Origin: Balanoglossus misakiensis
Taxonomy: Eukaryota; Animalia; Hemichordata
Assembly (NCBI GenBank): GCA_040954595.2
Contig: CM082588.2
Span: 8,850,844-8,914,843, forward strand
Direction of reading: 5' to 3'
DNA: 64,000 bases
The first letter of the stretch is position 1; every line of letters starts with the position of its first letter. The notes under the pieces were generated by a model. The model was not told the DNA's origin and did no database searches. It worked only from the letters and a program-made list of their open reading frames with translations. Of this stretch, positions 11,324 through 24,334 are shown piece after piece. A program made the position numbers and the translations under genes.

Positions 11324-14300
11324 CCGGGAGACGTCGCACACTAGCTGCACTTCCTTCCCCTGTTCCCATGCGTTATATACCACGCCTGCTTAAAGGACAC
11401 CGACTTAGCGTGTTGTCTTTCTAATTCTGCGGGGCCTTGAGCTTGGTCCCGCCGCGGTAGCAGGGAGACGTCGCACACTAGCTGCACTTCCTTCCCCTGT
11501 TCCCATGCGTTATATACCACGCCTGCTTAAAGGACACCGACTTGGCGCGTTGTCTTTCTAATTCGGCGGGGACTTGAGCTTGGTCTCGCCGAGGTAACCG
11601 GGAGACGTCGCACACTAGCTGCCTTTCCTTCCCCTGTTCCCGTGCGTTATATAACACGCCTGCTTAAAGGACACCGACTTAGCGTGTTGTCTTTCTAATT
11701 CTGCGGGGACTTGAGCTTGGTCCCGTCGCGGTAGCAGGGAGACGTCGCACACTAGCTGCACTTCCTTCCCCTGTTCCCATGCGTTATATACCACGCCTGC
11801 TTAAAGGACACCGACTTGGCGCGTTGTCTTTCTAATTCGGCGGGGACTTGAGCTTGGTCTCGCCGAGGTAACCGGGAGACGTCGCACACTAGCTGCCCTT
11901 CCTTCTCTTGTTCCCATGCGTTATATACCACGCCTGCTTAAAGGACACCGACTTGGCGCGTTGTCTTTCGAATTAGGCGAGGACTTGATCTTGGTCTCGC
12001 CGAGGTAACCGGGAGACGTCGCACACTAGCTGCCCTTCCTTCCCCTGTTCCAATGCGTTATATACCGCGCCTTCTTAAGGACACAGACTTTGCGCATTGT
12101 CTCTCTTATTCGGCGGGGACTTGAGCTTGGTCCCGCCGAGGTAACAGGGAGACGTCGCACACTAGCTGCCCTTCCTTCTCTTGTTCCCATGCGTTATATA
12201 CCACGCCTGCTTAAAGGACACCGACTTGGCGCGTTGTCTTTCTAATTAGGCGGGGACTTGATCTTGGTCTCGCCGAGGTAACCGGGAGACGTCGCACACT
12301 AGCTGCCCTTCCTTCCCCTATTCCCATGCGTTATATACCACGCCTGCTTAAAGGACACCGACTAAGCGCGTTGTCTTTCTCATTCGGCGGGGACTTGAGC
12401 TTGGTCCCGCCGAGGTAACAGGGAGACGTCGCACACTAGCTGCACTTCCTTCCCCTGTTCCCATGCGTTATATACCACGCCTGCTTAAAGGACACCGACT
12501 TAGCACGTTGTCTTTCTAATTCGGCGGGGACTTGAGCTTGGTCCCGCCGAGGTAACCGGGACACGACGCACACTAGCTGCCCTTCCTTCCCCTATTCCCA
12601 TGCGTTATATACCACGCCTGCTTAAAGGACACCGACTTAGCGCGTTGTCTTTCTAATTCGGCGGGGACTTGAGCTTGGTCCCGCCGAGGTAACCGGGAGA
12701 CGTCGCACACTAGCTGCCCTTCCTTCCCCTGTTCCCATGCGTTATATATCACGCCTGCTTAAAGGACACCGACTTAGCGCGTTGTCTTTTTAATTCGGCG
12801 GAGAATTGAGCTTGGTCCCGCCGAGGTAGTGGGGAGACGTCGCACACTAGCTGCCCTTCCTTCCCCTGTTCCAATGCGTTATATACCGCGCCTTCTTAAG
12901 GACACAGACTTTGCGCATTGTCTCTCTTATTCGGCGGGGACTTGAGCTTGGTCCCGCCGAGGTAACCGGGAGACGTTGCACACTAGCTGCCCTTCCTTTT
13001 CCTGTTCCCATGCGTTATATACCACACCTGCTTAAAGGACACCGACTTAGCGCGATGTCTTTCTAATTCGGCGGGGACTTGAGCTTGGTCCCGCCGAGGT
13101 AACAGGGGAGACGTCGCACACTAGCTGCACTTCCTTTCCCTGTTCCCATGCGTTATATACAACGCCTGCTTAAAGGACACCGACTTAGCACGTTGTCTTT
13201 TTAATTCGGCGGGGACTTGAGCTTGGTCCCGCCGAGGTAGCCGGGAGACGTCGCACACTAGCTGCACTTCCTTCCCCTGTTCCCATGCGTTATATACCAC
13301 GCCTGCTTAAAGGACACCGACTTAGCGTGTTGTCTTTCTAATTCTGCGGGGCCTTGAGCTTGGTCCCGCCGCGGTAGCAGGGAGACGTCGCACACTAGCT
13401 GCACTTCCTTCCCCTGTTCCCATGCGTTATATACCACGCCTGCTTAAAGGACACCGACTTGGCGCGTTGTCTTTCTAATTCGGCGGGGACTTGAGCTTGG
13501 TCTCGCCGAGGTAACCGGGAGACGTCGCACACTAGCTGCCTTTCCTTCCCCTGTTCCCGTGCGTTATATAACACGCCTGCTTAAAGGACACCGACTTAGC
13601 GTGTTGTCTTTCTAATTCTGCGGGGACTTGAGCTTGGTCCCGTCGCGGTAGCAGGGAGACGTCGCACACTAGCTGCACTTCCTTCCCCTGTTCCCATGCG
13701 TTATATACCACGCCTGCTTAAAGGACACCGACTTGGCGCGTTGTCTTTCTAATTCGGCGGGGACTTGAGCTTGGTCTCGCCGAGGTAACCGGGAGACGTC
13801 GCACACTAGCTGCCCTTCCTTCTCTTGTTCCCATGCGTTATATACCACGCCTGCTTAAAGGACACCGACTTGGCGCGTTGTCTTTCTAATTAGGCGGGGA
13901 CTTGATCTTGGTCTCGCCGAGGTAACCGGGAGACGTCGCACACTAGCTGCCCTTCCTTCCCCTGTTCCAATGCGTTATATACCGCGCCTTCTTAAGGACA
14001 CAGACTTTGCGCATTGTCTCTCTTATTCGGCGGGGACTTGAGCTTGGTCCCGCCGAGGTAACAGGGAGACGTCGCACACTAGCTGCCCTTCCTTCTCTTG
14101 TTCCCATGCGTTATATACCACGCCTGCTTAAAGGACACCGACTTGGCGCGTTGTCTTTCTAATTAGGCGGGGACTTGATCTTGGTCTCGCCGAGGTAACC
14201 GGGAGACGTCGCACACTAGCTGCCCTTCCTTCCCCTATTCCCATGCGTTATATACCACGCCTGCTTAAAGGACACCGACTTAGCGCGTTGTCTTTCTAAT

Positions 14301-17300
14301 TCGGCGGGGACTTGAGCTTGGTCCCGCCGAGGTAACCGGGAGACGTCGCACACTAGCTGCCCTTCCTTCCCATGTTCCCATGCGTTATATGTCACGCCTG
14401 CTTAAAGGACACCGACTTAGCGCGTTGTCTTTTTAATTCGGCGGAGAATTGAGCTTGGTCCCGCCGAGGTAGTGGGGAGACGTCGCACACTAGCTGCCCT
14501 TCCTTCCCCTGTTCCAATGCGTTATATACCCCGCCTTCTTAAGGACACAGACTTTGCGCATTGTCTCTCTTATTCGGCGGGGACTTGAGCTTGGTCCCGC
14601 CGAGGTAACAGGGAGACGTCGCACACTAGCTGCCCTTCCTTCTCTTGTTCCCATGCGTTATATACCACGCCTGCTTAAAGGACACCGACTTAGCGTGTTG
14701 TCTTTCTAATTCGGTGGGGACTTGAGCTTGGTCCCGCCGAGGTAACCGGGAGATGTCGCACACTAGCTGCCCTTCCTTCCCCTGTTCCCATGCGTTATAT
14801 ACCACGCCTGCTTAAAGGACACCGACTTAGCGTGTTGTCTTTCTAATTCTGCGGGGACTTGAGCTTGGTCCCGTCGCGGTAGCAGGGAGACGTCGCACAC
14901 TAGCTGCACTTCCTTCCCCTGTTCCCATGCGTTATATACCACGCCTGCTTAAAGGACACCGACTTGGCGCGTTGTCTTTCTAATTCGGCGGGGACTTGAG
15001 CTTGGTCTCGCCGAGGTAACCGGGAGACGTCGCACACTAGCTGCCCTTCCTTCTCTTGTTCCCATGCGTTATATACCACGCCTGCTTAAAGGACACCGAC
15101 TTGGCGCGTTGTCTTTCTAATTAGGCGGGGACTTGATCTTGGTCTCGCCGAGGTAACCGGGAGACGTCGCACACTAGCTGCCCTTCCTTCCCCTGTTCCA
15201 ATGCGTTATATACCGCGCCTTCTTAAGGACACAGACTTTGCGCATTGTCTCTCTTATTCGGCGGGGACTTGAGCTTGGTCCCGCCGAGGTAACAGGGAGA
15301 CGTCGCACACTAGCTGCCCTTCCTTCTCTTGTTCCCATGCGTTATATACCACGCCTGCTTAAAGGACACCGACTTGGCGCGTTGTCTTTCTAATTAGGCG
15401 GGGACTTGATCTTGGTCTCGCCGAGGTAACCGGGAGACGTCGCACACTAGCTGCCCTTCCTTCCCCTATTCCCATGCGTTATATACCACGCCTGCTTAAA
15501 GGACACCGACTTAGCGCGTTGTCTTTCTAATTCGGCGGGGACTTGAGCTTGGTCCCGCCGAGGTAACCGGGAGACGTCGCACACTAGCTGCCCTTCCTTC
15601 CCCTGTTCCCATGCGTTATATATCACGCCTGCTTAAAGGACACCGACTTAGCGCGTTGTCTTTTTAATTCGGCGGAGAATTGAGCTTGGTCCCGCCGAGG
15701 TAGTGGGGAGACGTCGCACACTAGCTGCCCTTCCTTCCCCTGTTCCAATGCGTTATATACCCCGCCTTCTTAAGGACACAGACTTTGCGCATTGTCTCTC
15801 TTATTCGGCGGGGACTTGAGCTTGGTCCCGCCGAGGTAACAGGGAGACGTCGCACACTAGCTGCCCTTCCTTCTCTTGTTCCCATGCGTTATATACCACG
15901 CCTGCTTAAAGGACACCGACTTAGCGTGTTGTCTTTCTAATTCGGTGGGGACTTGAGCTTGGTCCCGCCGAGGTAACCGGGAGATGTCGCACACTAGCTG
16001 CCCTTCCTTCCCCTGTTCCCATGCGTTATATACCACGCCTGCTTAAAGGACACCGACTTAGCGCGTTGTCTTTCTAATTCGGCGGGGACTTGAGCTTGGT
16101 CCCGCCGAGGTAACCGGGAGACGTCGCACACTAGCTGCCCTTCCTTCCCCTGTTCCCATGCGTTATATATCACGCCTGCTTAAAGGACACCGACTTAGCG
16201 CGTTGTCTTTTTAATTCGGCGGAGAATTGAGCTTGGTCCCGCCGAGGTAGTGGGGAGACGTCGCACACTAGCTGCCCTTCCTTCCCCTGTTCCAATGCGT
16301 TATATACCGCGCCTTCTTAAGGACACAGACTTTGCGCATTGTCTCTCTTATTCGGCGGGGACTTGAGCTTGGTCCCGCCGAGGTAACCGGGAGACGTCGC
16401 ACACTAGCTGCCCTTCCTTCTCTTGTTCCCATGCGTTATATACCACGCCTGCTTAAAGGACACCGACTTAGCGTGTTGTCTTTCTAATTCTGCGGGGACT
16501 TGAGCTTGGTCCCGCCGCGGTAGCAGGGAGACGTCGCACACTAGCTGCACTTCCTTCCCCTGTTCCCATGCGTTATATACCACGCCTGCTTAAAGGACAC
16601 CGACTTGGCGCGTTGTCTTTCTAATTCGGCGGGGACTTGAGCTTGGTCCCGCCGAGGTAGCCGGGAGACGTCGCACACTAGCTGCCCTTCCTTCTCTTGT
16701 TCCCATGCGTTATATACCACGCCTGCTTAAAGGACACCGACTTGGCGCGTTGTCTTTCTAATTCGGCGGGGACTTGATCTTGGTCTCGCCGAGGTAACCG
16801 GGAGACGTCGCACACTAGCTGCCCTTCCTTTTCCTGTTCCCATGCGTTATATACCACACCTGCTTAAAGGACACCGACTTAGCGCGTTGTCTTTCTAATT
16901 CGGCGGGGACTTGAGCTTGGTCCCGCAGAGGTAACAGGGGAGACGTCGCACACTAGCTGCACTTCCTTCCCCTGTTCCCATGCGTTATATACCACGCCTG
17001 CTTAAAGGACACCGACTTAGCACGTTGTCTTTTTTATTCGGCGGGGACTTGAGCTTGGTCCCGCCGAGGTAGCCGGGAGACGTCGCACACTAGCTGCCCT
17101 TCCTTCTCTTGTTCCCATGCGTTATATACCACGCCTGCTTAAAGGACACCGACTTAGCGTGTTGTCTTTCTAATTCGGTGGGGACTTGAGCTTGGTCCCG
17201 CCGAGGTAACCGGGAGATGTCGCACACTAGCTGCCCTTCCTTCCCCTGTTCCCATGCGTTATATACCACGCCTGCTTAAAGGACACCGACTTAGCGCATT

Positions 17301-20300
17301 GTCTTTCTAATTCGGCGGGGACTTGAGCTTGGTCCCGCCGAGGTAACAGGGAGACGTCGCACACTAGCTGCACTTCCTTTCCCTGTTCCCATGCGTTATA
17401 TACCACGCCTGCTTAAAGGACACCGACTTAGCACGTTGTCTTTCTAATTCGGCGGGGACTTGAGCTTGGTCCCGCCGAGGTAACCGGGACACGACGCACA
17501 CTAGCTGCCCTTCCTTCCCCTATTCCCATGCGTTATATACCACGCCTGCTTAAAGGACACCGACTTAGCACGTTGTCTTTCTAATTCGGCGGGGACTTGA
17601 GCTTGGTCCCGCCGAGGTAACCGGGAGACGTCGCACACTAGCTGCACTTCCTTCCCCTGTTCCCATGCGTTATATACCACGCCTGCTTAAAGGACACCGA
17701 CTTGGCGCGATGTCTTTCTAATTCGGCGGGGACTTGAGCTTGGTCCCGCCGAGGTAACAGGGGAGACGTCGCACACTAGCTGCCCTTCCTTCCCCTGTTC
17801 CAATGCGTTATATACCGCGCCTTCTTAAGGACACAGACTTTGCGCATTGTCTCTCTTATTCGGCGGGGACTTGAGCTTGGTCCCGCCGAGGTAACCGGGA
17901 GACGTCGCACACTAGCTGCCCTTCCTTTTCCTGTTCCCATGCGTTATATACCACGCCTGCTTAAAGGACACCGACTTAGCGTGTTGTCTTTCTAATTCTG
18001 CGGGGACTTGAGCTTGGTCCCGCCGAGGTAGTGGGGAGACGTCGCACACTAGCTGCCCTTCCTTCCCCTGTTCCCATGCGTTATATACCACGCCTGCTTA
18101 AAGGACACCGACTTAGCGCGTTGTCTTTCTCATTCGGCGGGGACTTGAGCTTGGTCCCGCCGAGGTAACCGGGAGACGTCGCACACTAGCTGCACTTCCT
18201 TCCCCTGTTCCCATGCGTTATATACCACGCCTGCTTAAAGGACACCGACTTAGCGTGTTGTCTTTCTAATTCTGCGGGGCCTTGAGCTTGGTCCCGCCGC
18301 GGTAGCAGGGAGACGTCGCACACTAGCTGCACTTCCTTCCCCTGTTCCCATGCGTTATATACCACGCCTGCTTAAAGGACACCGACTTGGCGCGTTGTCT
18401 TTCTAATTCGGCGGGGACTTGAGCTTGGTCTCGCCGAGGTAACCGGGAGACGTCGCACACTAGCTGCCTTTCCTTCCCCTGTTCCCGTGCGTTATATAAC
18501 ACGCCTGCTTAAAGGACACCGACTTAGCGTGTTGTCTTTCTAATTCTGCGGGGACTTGAGCTTGGTCCCGTCGCGGTAGCAGGGAGACGTCGCACACTAG
18601 CTGCACTTCCTTCCCCTGTTCCCATGCGTTATATACCACGCCTGCTTAAAGGACACCGACTTGGCGCGTTGTCTTTCTAATTCGGCGGGGACTTGAGCTT
18701 GGTCTCGCCGAGGTAACCGGGAGACGTCGCACACTAGCTGCCCTTCCTTCTCTTGTTCCCATGCGTTATATACCACGCCTGCTTAAAGGACACCGACTTG
18801 GCGCGTTGTCTTTCGAATTAGGCGAGGACTTGATCTTGGTCTCGCCGAGGTAACCGGGAGACGTCGCACACTAGCTGCCCTTCCTTCCCCTGTTCCAATG
18901 CGTTATATACCGCGCCTTCTTAAGGACACAGACTTTGCGCATTGTCTCTCTTATTCGGCGGGGACTTGAGCTTGGTCCCGCCGAGGTAACAGGGAGACGT
19001 CGCACACTAGCTGCCCTTCCTTCTCTTGTTCCCATGCGTTATATACCACGCCTGCTTAAAGGACACCGACTTGGCGCGTTGTCTTTCTAATTAGGCGGGG
19101 ACTTGATCTTGGTCTCGCCGAGGTAACCGGGAGACGTCGCACACTAGCTGCCCTTCCTTCCCCTATTCCCATGCGTTATATACCACGCCTGCTTAAAGGA
19201 CACCGACTAAGCGCGTTGTCTTTCTCATTCGGCGGGGACTTGAGCTTGGTCCCGCCGAGGTAACAGGGAGACGTCGCACACTAGCTGCACTTCCTTCCCC
19301 TGTTCCCATGCGTTATATACCACGCCTGCTTAAAGGACACCGACTTAGCACGTTGTCTTTCTAATTCGGCGGGGACTTGAGCTTGGTCCCGCCGAGGTAA
19401 CCGGGACACGACGCACACTAGCTGCCCTTCCTTCCCCTATTCCCATGCGTTATATACCACGCCTGCTTAAAGGACACCGACTTAGCGCGTTGTCTTTCTA
19501 ATTCGGCGGGGACTTGAGCTTGGTCCCGCCGAGGTAACCGGGAGACGTCGCACACTAGCTGCCCTTCCTTCCCCTGTTCCCATGCGTTATATATCACGCC
19601 TGCTTAAAGGACACCGACTTAGCGCGTTGTCTTTTTAATTCGGCGGAGAATTGAGCTTGGTCCCGCCGAGGTAGTGGGGAGACGTCGCACACTAGCTGCC
19701 CTTCCTTCCCCTGTTCCAATGCGTTATATACCGCGCCTTCTTAAGGACACAGACTTTGCGCATTGTCTCTCTTATTCGGCGGGGACTTGAGCTTGGTCCC
19801 GCCGAGGTAACCGGGAGACGTTGCACACTAGCTGCCCTTCCTTTTCCTGTTCCCATGCGTTATATACCACACCTGCTTAAAGGACACCGACTTAGCGCGA
19901 TGTCTTTCTAATTCGGCGGGGACTTGAGCTTGGTCCCGCCGAGGTAACAGGGGAGACGTCGCACACTAGCTGCACTTCCTTTCCCTGTTCCCAAGCGTTA
20001 TATACAACGCCTGCTTAAAGGACACCGACTTAGCACGTTGTCATTTTAATTCGGCGGGGACTTGAGCTTGGTCCCGCCGAGGTAGCCGGGAGACGTCGCA
20101 CACTAGCTGCACTTCCTTCCCCTGTTCCCATGCGTTATATACCACGCCTGCTTAAAGGACACCGACTTAGCGTGTTGTCTTTCTAATTCTGCGGGGCCTT
20201 GAGCTTGGTCCCGCCGCGGTAGCAGGGAGACGTCGCACACTAGCTGCACTTCCTTCCCCTGTTCCCATGCGTTATATACCACGCCTGCTTAAAGGACACC

Positions 20301-23300
20301 GACTTGGCGCGTTGTCTTTCTAATTCGGCGGGGACTTGAGCTTGGTCTCGCCGAGGTAACCGGGAGACGTCGCACACTAGCTGCCTTTCCTTCCCCTGTT
20401 CCCGTGCGTTATATAACACGCCTGCTTAAAGGACACCGACTTAGCGTGTTGTCTTTCTAATTCTGCGGGGACTTGAGCTTGGTCCCGTCGCGGTAGCAGG
20501 GAGACGTCGCACACTAGCTGCACTTCCTTCCCCTGTTCCCATGCGTTATATACCACGCCTGCTTAAAGGACACCGACTTGGCGCGTTGTTTTTCTAATTC
20601 GGCGGGGACTTGAGCTTGGTCTCGCCGAGGTAACCGGGAGACGTCGCACACTAGCTGCCCTTCCTTCTCTTGTTCCCATGCGTTATATACCACGCCTGCT
20701 TAAAGGACACCGACTTGGCGCGTTGTCTTTCTAATTAGGCGGGGACTTGATCTTGGTCTCGCCGAGGTAACCGGGAGACGTCGCACACTAGCTGCCCTTC
20801 CTTCCCCTGTTCCAATGCGTTATATACCGCGCCTTCTTAAGGACACAGACTTTGCGCATTGTCTCTCTTATTCGGCGGGGACTTGAGCTTGGTCCCGCCG
20901 AGGTAACAGGGAGACGTCGCACACTAGCTGCCCTTCCTTCTCTTGTTCCCATGCGTTATATACCACGCCTGCTTAAAGGACACCGACTTGGCGCGTTGTC
21001 TTTCTAATTAGGCGGGGACTTGATCTTGGTCTCGCCGAGGTAACCGGGAGACGTCGCACACTAGCTGCCCTTCCTTCCCCTATTCCCATGCGTTATATAC
21101 CACGCCTGCTTAAAGGACACCGACTTAGCGCGTTGTCTTTCTAATTCGGCGGGGACTTGAGCTTGGTCCCGCCGAGGTAACCGGGAGACGTCGCACACTA
21201 GCTGCCCTTCCTTCCCATGTTCCCATGCGTTATATGTCACGCCTGCTTAAAGGACACCGACTTAGCGCGTTGTCTTTTTAATTCGGCGGAGAATTGAGCT
21301 TGGTCCCGCCGAGGTAGTGGGGAGACGTCGCACACTAGCTGCCCTTCCTTCCCCTGTTCCAATGCGTTATATACCCCGCCTTCTTAAGGACACAGACTTT
21401 GCGCATTGTCTCTCTTATTCGGCGGGGACTTGAGCTTGGTCCCGCCGAGGTAACAGGGAGACGTCGCACACTAGCTGCCCTTCCTTCTCTTGTTCCCATG
21501 CGTTATATACCACGCCTGCTTAAAGGACACCGACTTAGCGTGTTGTCTTTCTAATTCGGTGGGGACTTGAGCTTGGTCCCGCCGAGGTAACCGGGAGATG
21601 TCGCACACTAGCTGCCCTTCCTTCCCCTGTTCCCATGCGTTATATACCACGCCTGCTTAAAGGACACCGACTTAGCGTGTTGTCTTTCTAATTCTGCGGG
21701 GACTTGAGCTTGGTCCCGTCGCGGTAGCAGGGAGACGTCGCACACTAGCTGCACTTCCTTCCCCTGTTCCCATGCGTTATATACCACGCCTGCTTAAAGG
21801 ACACCGACTTGGCGCGTTGTCTTTCTAATTCGGCGGGGACTTGAGCTTGGTCTCGCCGAGGTAACCGGGAGACGTCGCACACTAGCTGCCCTTCCTTCTC
21901 TTGTTCCCATGCGTTATATACCACGCCTGCTTAAAGGACACCGACTTGGCGCGTTGTCTTTCTAATTAGGCGGGGACTTGATCTTGGTCTCGCCGAGGTA
22001 ACCGGGAGACGTCGCACACTAGCTGCCCTTCCTTCCCCTGTTCCAATGCGTTATATACCGCGCCTTCTTAAGGACACAGACTTTGCGCATTGTCTCTCTT
22101 ATTCGGCGGGGACTTGAGCTTGGTCCCGCCGAGGTAACAGGGAGACGTCGCACACTAGCTGCCCTTCCTTCTCTTGTTCCCATGCGTTATATACCACGCC
22201 TGCTTAAAGGACACCGACTTGGCGCGTTGTCTTTCTAATTAGGCGGGGACTTGATCTTGGTCTCGCCGAGGTAACCGGGAGACGTCGCACACTAGCTGCC
22301 CTTCCTTCCCCTATTCCCATGCGTTATATACCACGCCTGCTTAAAGGACACCGACTTAGCGCGTTGTCTTTCTAATTCGGCGGGGACTTGAGCTTGGTCC
22401 CGCCGAGGTAACCGGGAGACGTCGCACACTAGCTGCCCTTCCTTCCCCTGTTCCCATGCGTTATATATCACGCCTGCTTAAAGGACACCGACTTAGCGCG
22501 TTGTCTTTTTAATTCGGCGGAGAATTGAGCTTGGTCCCGCCGAGGTAGTGGGGAGACGTCGCACACTAGCTGCCCTTCCTTCCCCTGTTCCAATGCGTTA
22601 TATACCCCGCCTTCTTAAGGACACAGACTTTGCGCATTGTCTCTCTTATTCGGCGGGGACTTGAGCTTGGTCCCGCCGAGGTAACAGGGAGACGTCGCAC
22701 ACTAGCTGCCCTTCCTTCTCTTGTTCCCATGCGTTATATACCACGCCTGCTTAAAGGACACCGACTTAGCGTGTTGTCTTTCTAATTCGGTGGGGACTTG
22801 AGCTTGGTCCCGCCGAGGTAACCGGGAGATGTCGCACACTAGCTGCCCTTCCTTCCCCTGTTCCCATGCGTTATATACCACGCCTGCTTAAAGGACACCG
22901 ACTTAGCGCGTTGTCTTTCTAATTCGGCGGGGACTTGAGCTTGGTCCCGCCGAGGTAACCGGGAGACGTCGCACACTAGCTGCCCTTCCTTCCCCTGTTC
23001 CCATGCGTTATATATCACGCCTGCTTAAAGGACACCGACTTAGCGCGTTGTCTTTTTAATTCGGCGGAGAATTGAGCTTGGTCCCGCCGAGGTAGTGGGG
23101 AGACGTCGCACACTAGCTGCCCTTCCTTCCCCTGTTCCAATGCGTTATATACCGCGCCTTCTTAAGGACACAGACTTTGCGCATTGTCTCTCTTATTCGG
23201 CGGGGACTTGAGCTTGGTCCCGCCGAGGTAACCGGGAGACGTCGCACACTAGCTGCCCTTCCTTCTCTTGTTCCCATGCGTTATATACCACGCCTGCTTA

Positions 23301-24334
23301 AAGGACACCGACTTAGCGTGTTGTCTTTCTAATTCTGCGGGGACTTGAGCTTGGTCCCGCCGCGGTAGCAGGGAGACGTCGCACACTAGCTGCACTTCCT
23401 TCCCCTGTTCCCATGCGTTATATACCACGCCTGCTTAAAGGACACCGACTTGGCGCGTTGTCTTTCTAATTCGGCGGGGACTTGAGCTTGGTCCCGCCGA
23501 GGTAGCCGGGAGACGTCGCACACTAGCTGCCCTTCCTTCTCTTGTTCCCATGCGTTATATACCACGCCTGCTTAAAGGACACCGACTTGGCGCGTTGTCT
23601 TTCTAATTCGGCGGGGACTTGATCTTGGTCTCGCCGAGGTAACCGGGAGACGTCGCACACTAGCTGCCCTTCCTTTTCCTGTTCCCATGCGTTATATACC
23701 ACACCTGCTTAAAGGACACCGACTTAGCGCGTTGTCTTTCTAATTCGGCGGGGACTTGAGCTTGGTCCCGCAGAGGTAACAGGGGAGACGTCGCACACTA
23801 GCTGCACTTCCTTCCCCTGTTCCCATGCGTTATATACCACGCCTGCTTAAAGGACACCGACTTAGCACGTTGTCTTTTTTATTCGGCGGGGACTTGAGCT
23901 TGGTCCCGCCGAGGTAGCCGGGAGACGTCGCACACTAGCTGCCCTTCCTTCTCTTGTTCCCATGCGTTATATACCACGCCTGCTTAAAGGACACCGACTT
24001 AGCGTGTTGTCTTTCTAATTCGGTGGGGACTTGAGCTTGGTCCCGCCGAGGTAACCGGGAGATGTCGCACACTAGCTGCCCTTCCTTCCCCTGTTCCCAT
24101 GCGTTATATACCACGCCTGCTTAAAGGACACCGACTTAGCGCATTGTCTTTCTAATTCGGCGGGGACTTGAGCTTGGTCCCGCCGAGGTAACAGGGAGAC
24201 GTCGCACACTAGCTGCACTTCCTTTCCCTGTTCCCATGCGTTATATACCACGCCTGCTTAAAGGACACCGACTTAGCACGTTGTCTTTCTAATTCGGCGG
24301 GGACTTGAGCTTGGTCCCGCCGAGGTAACCGGGA
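11324..24334. repeat. Higher-order duplication with 6845-bp period (~50 monomers)
   Basis: Rare markers recur at exactly +6845: TTTCGAATTAGGCGAGG (11969/18814), GACTAAGCG (12361/19206), CATGTTCCC..TATGTCAC (14371/21216), GCAGAG (16925/23770). Boundaries are approximate. Confidence 0.9.
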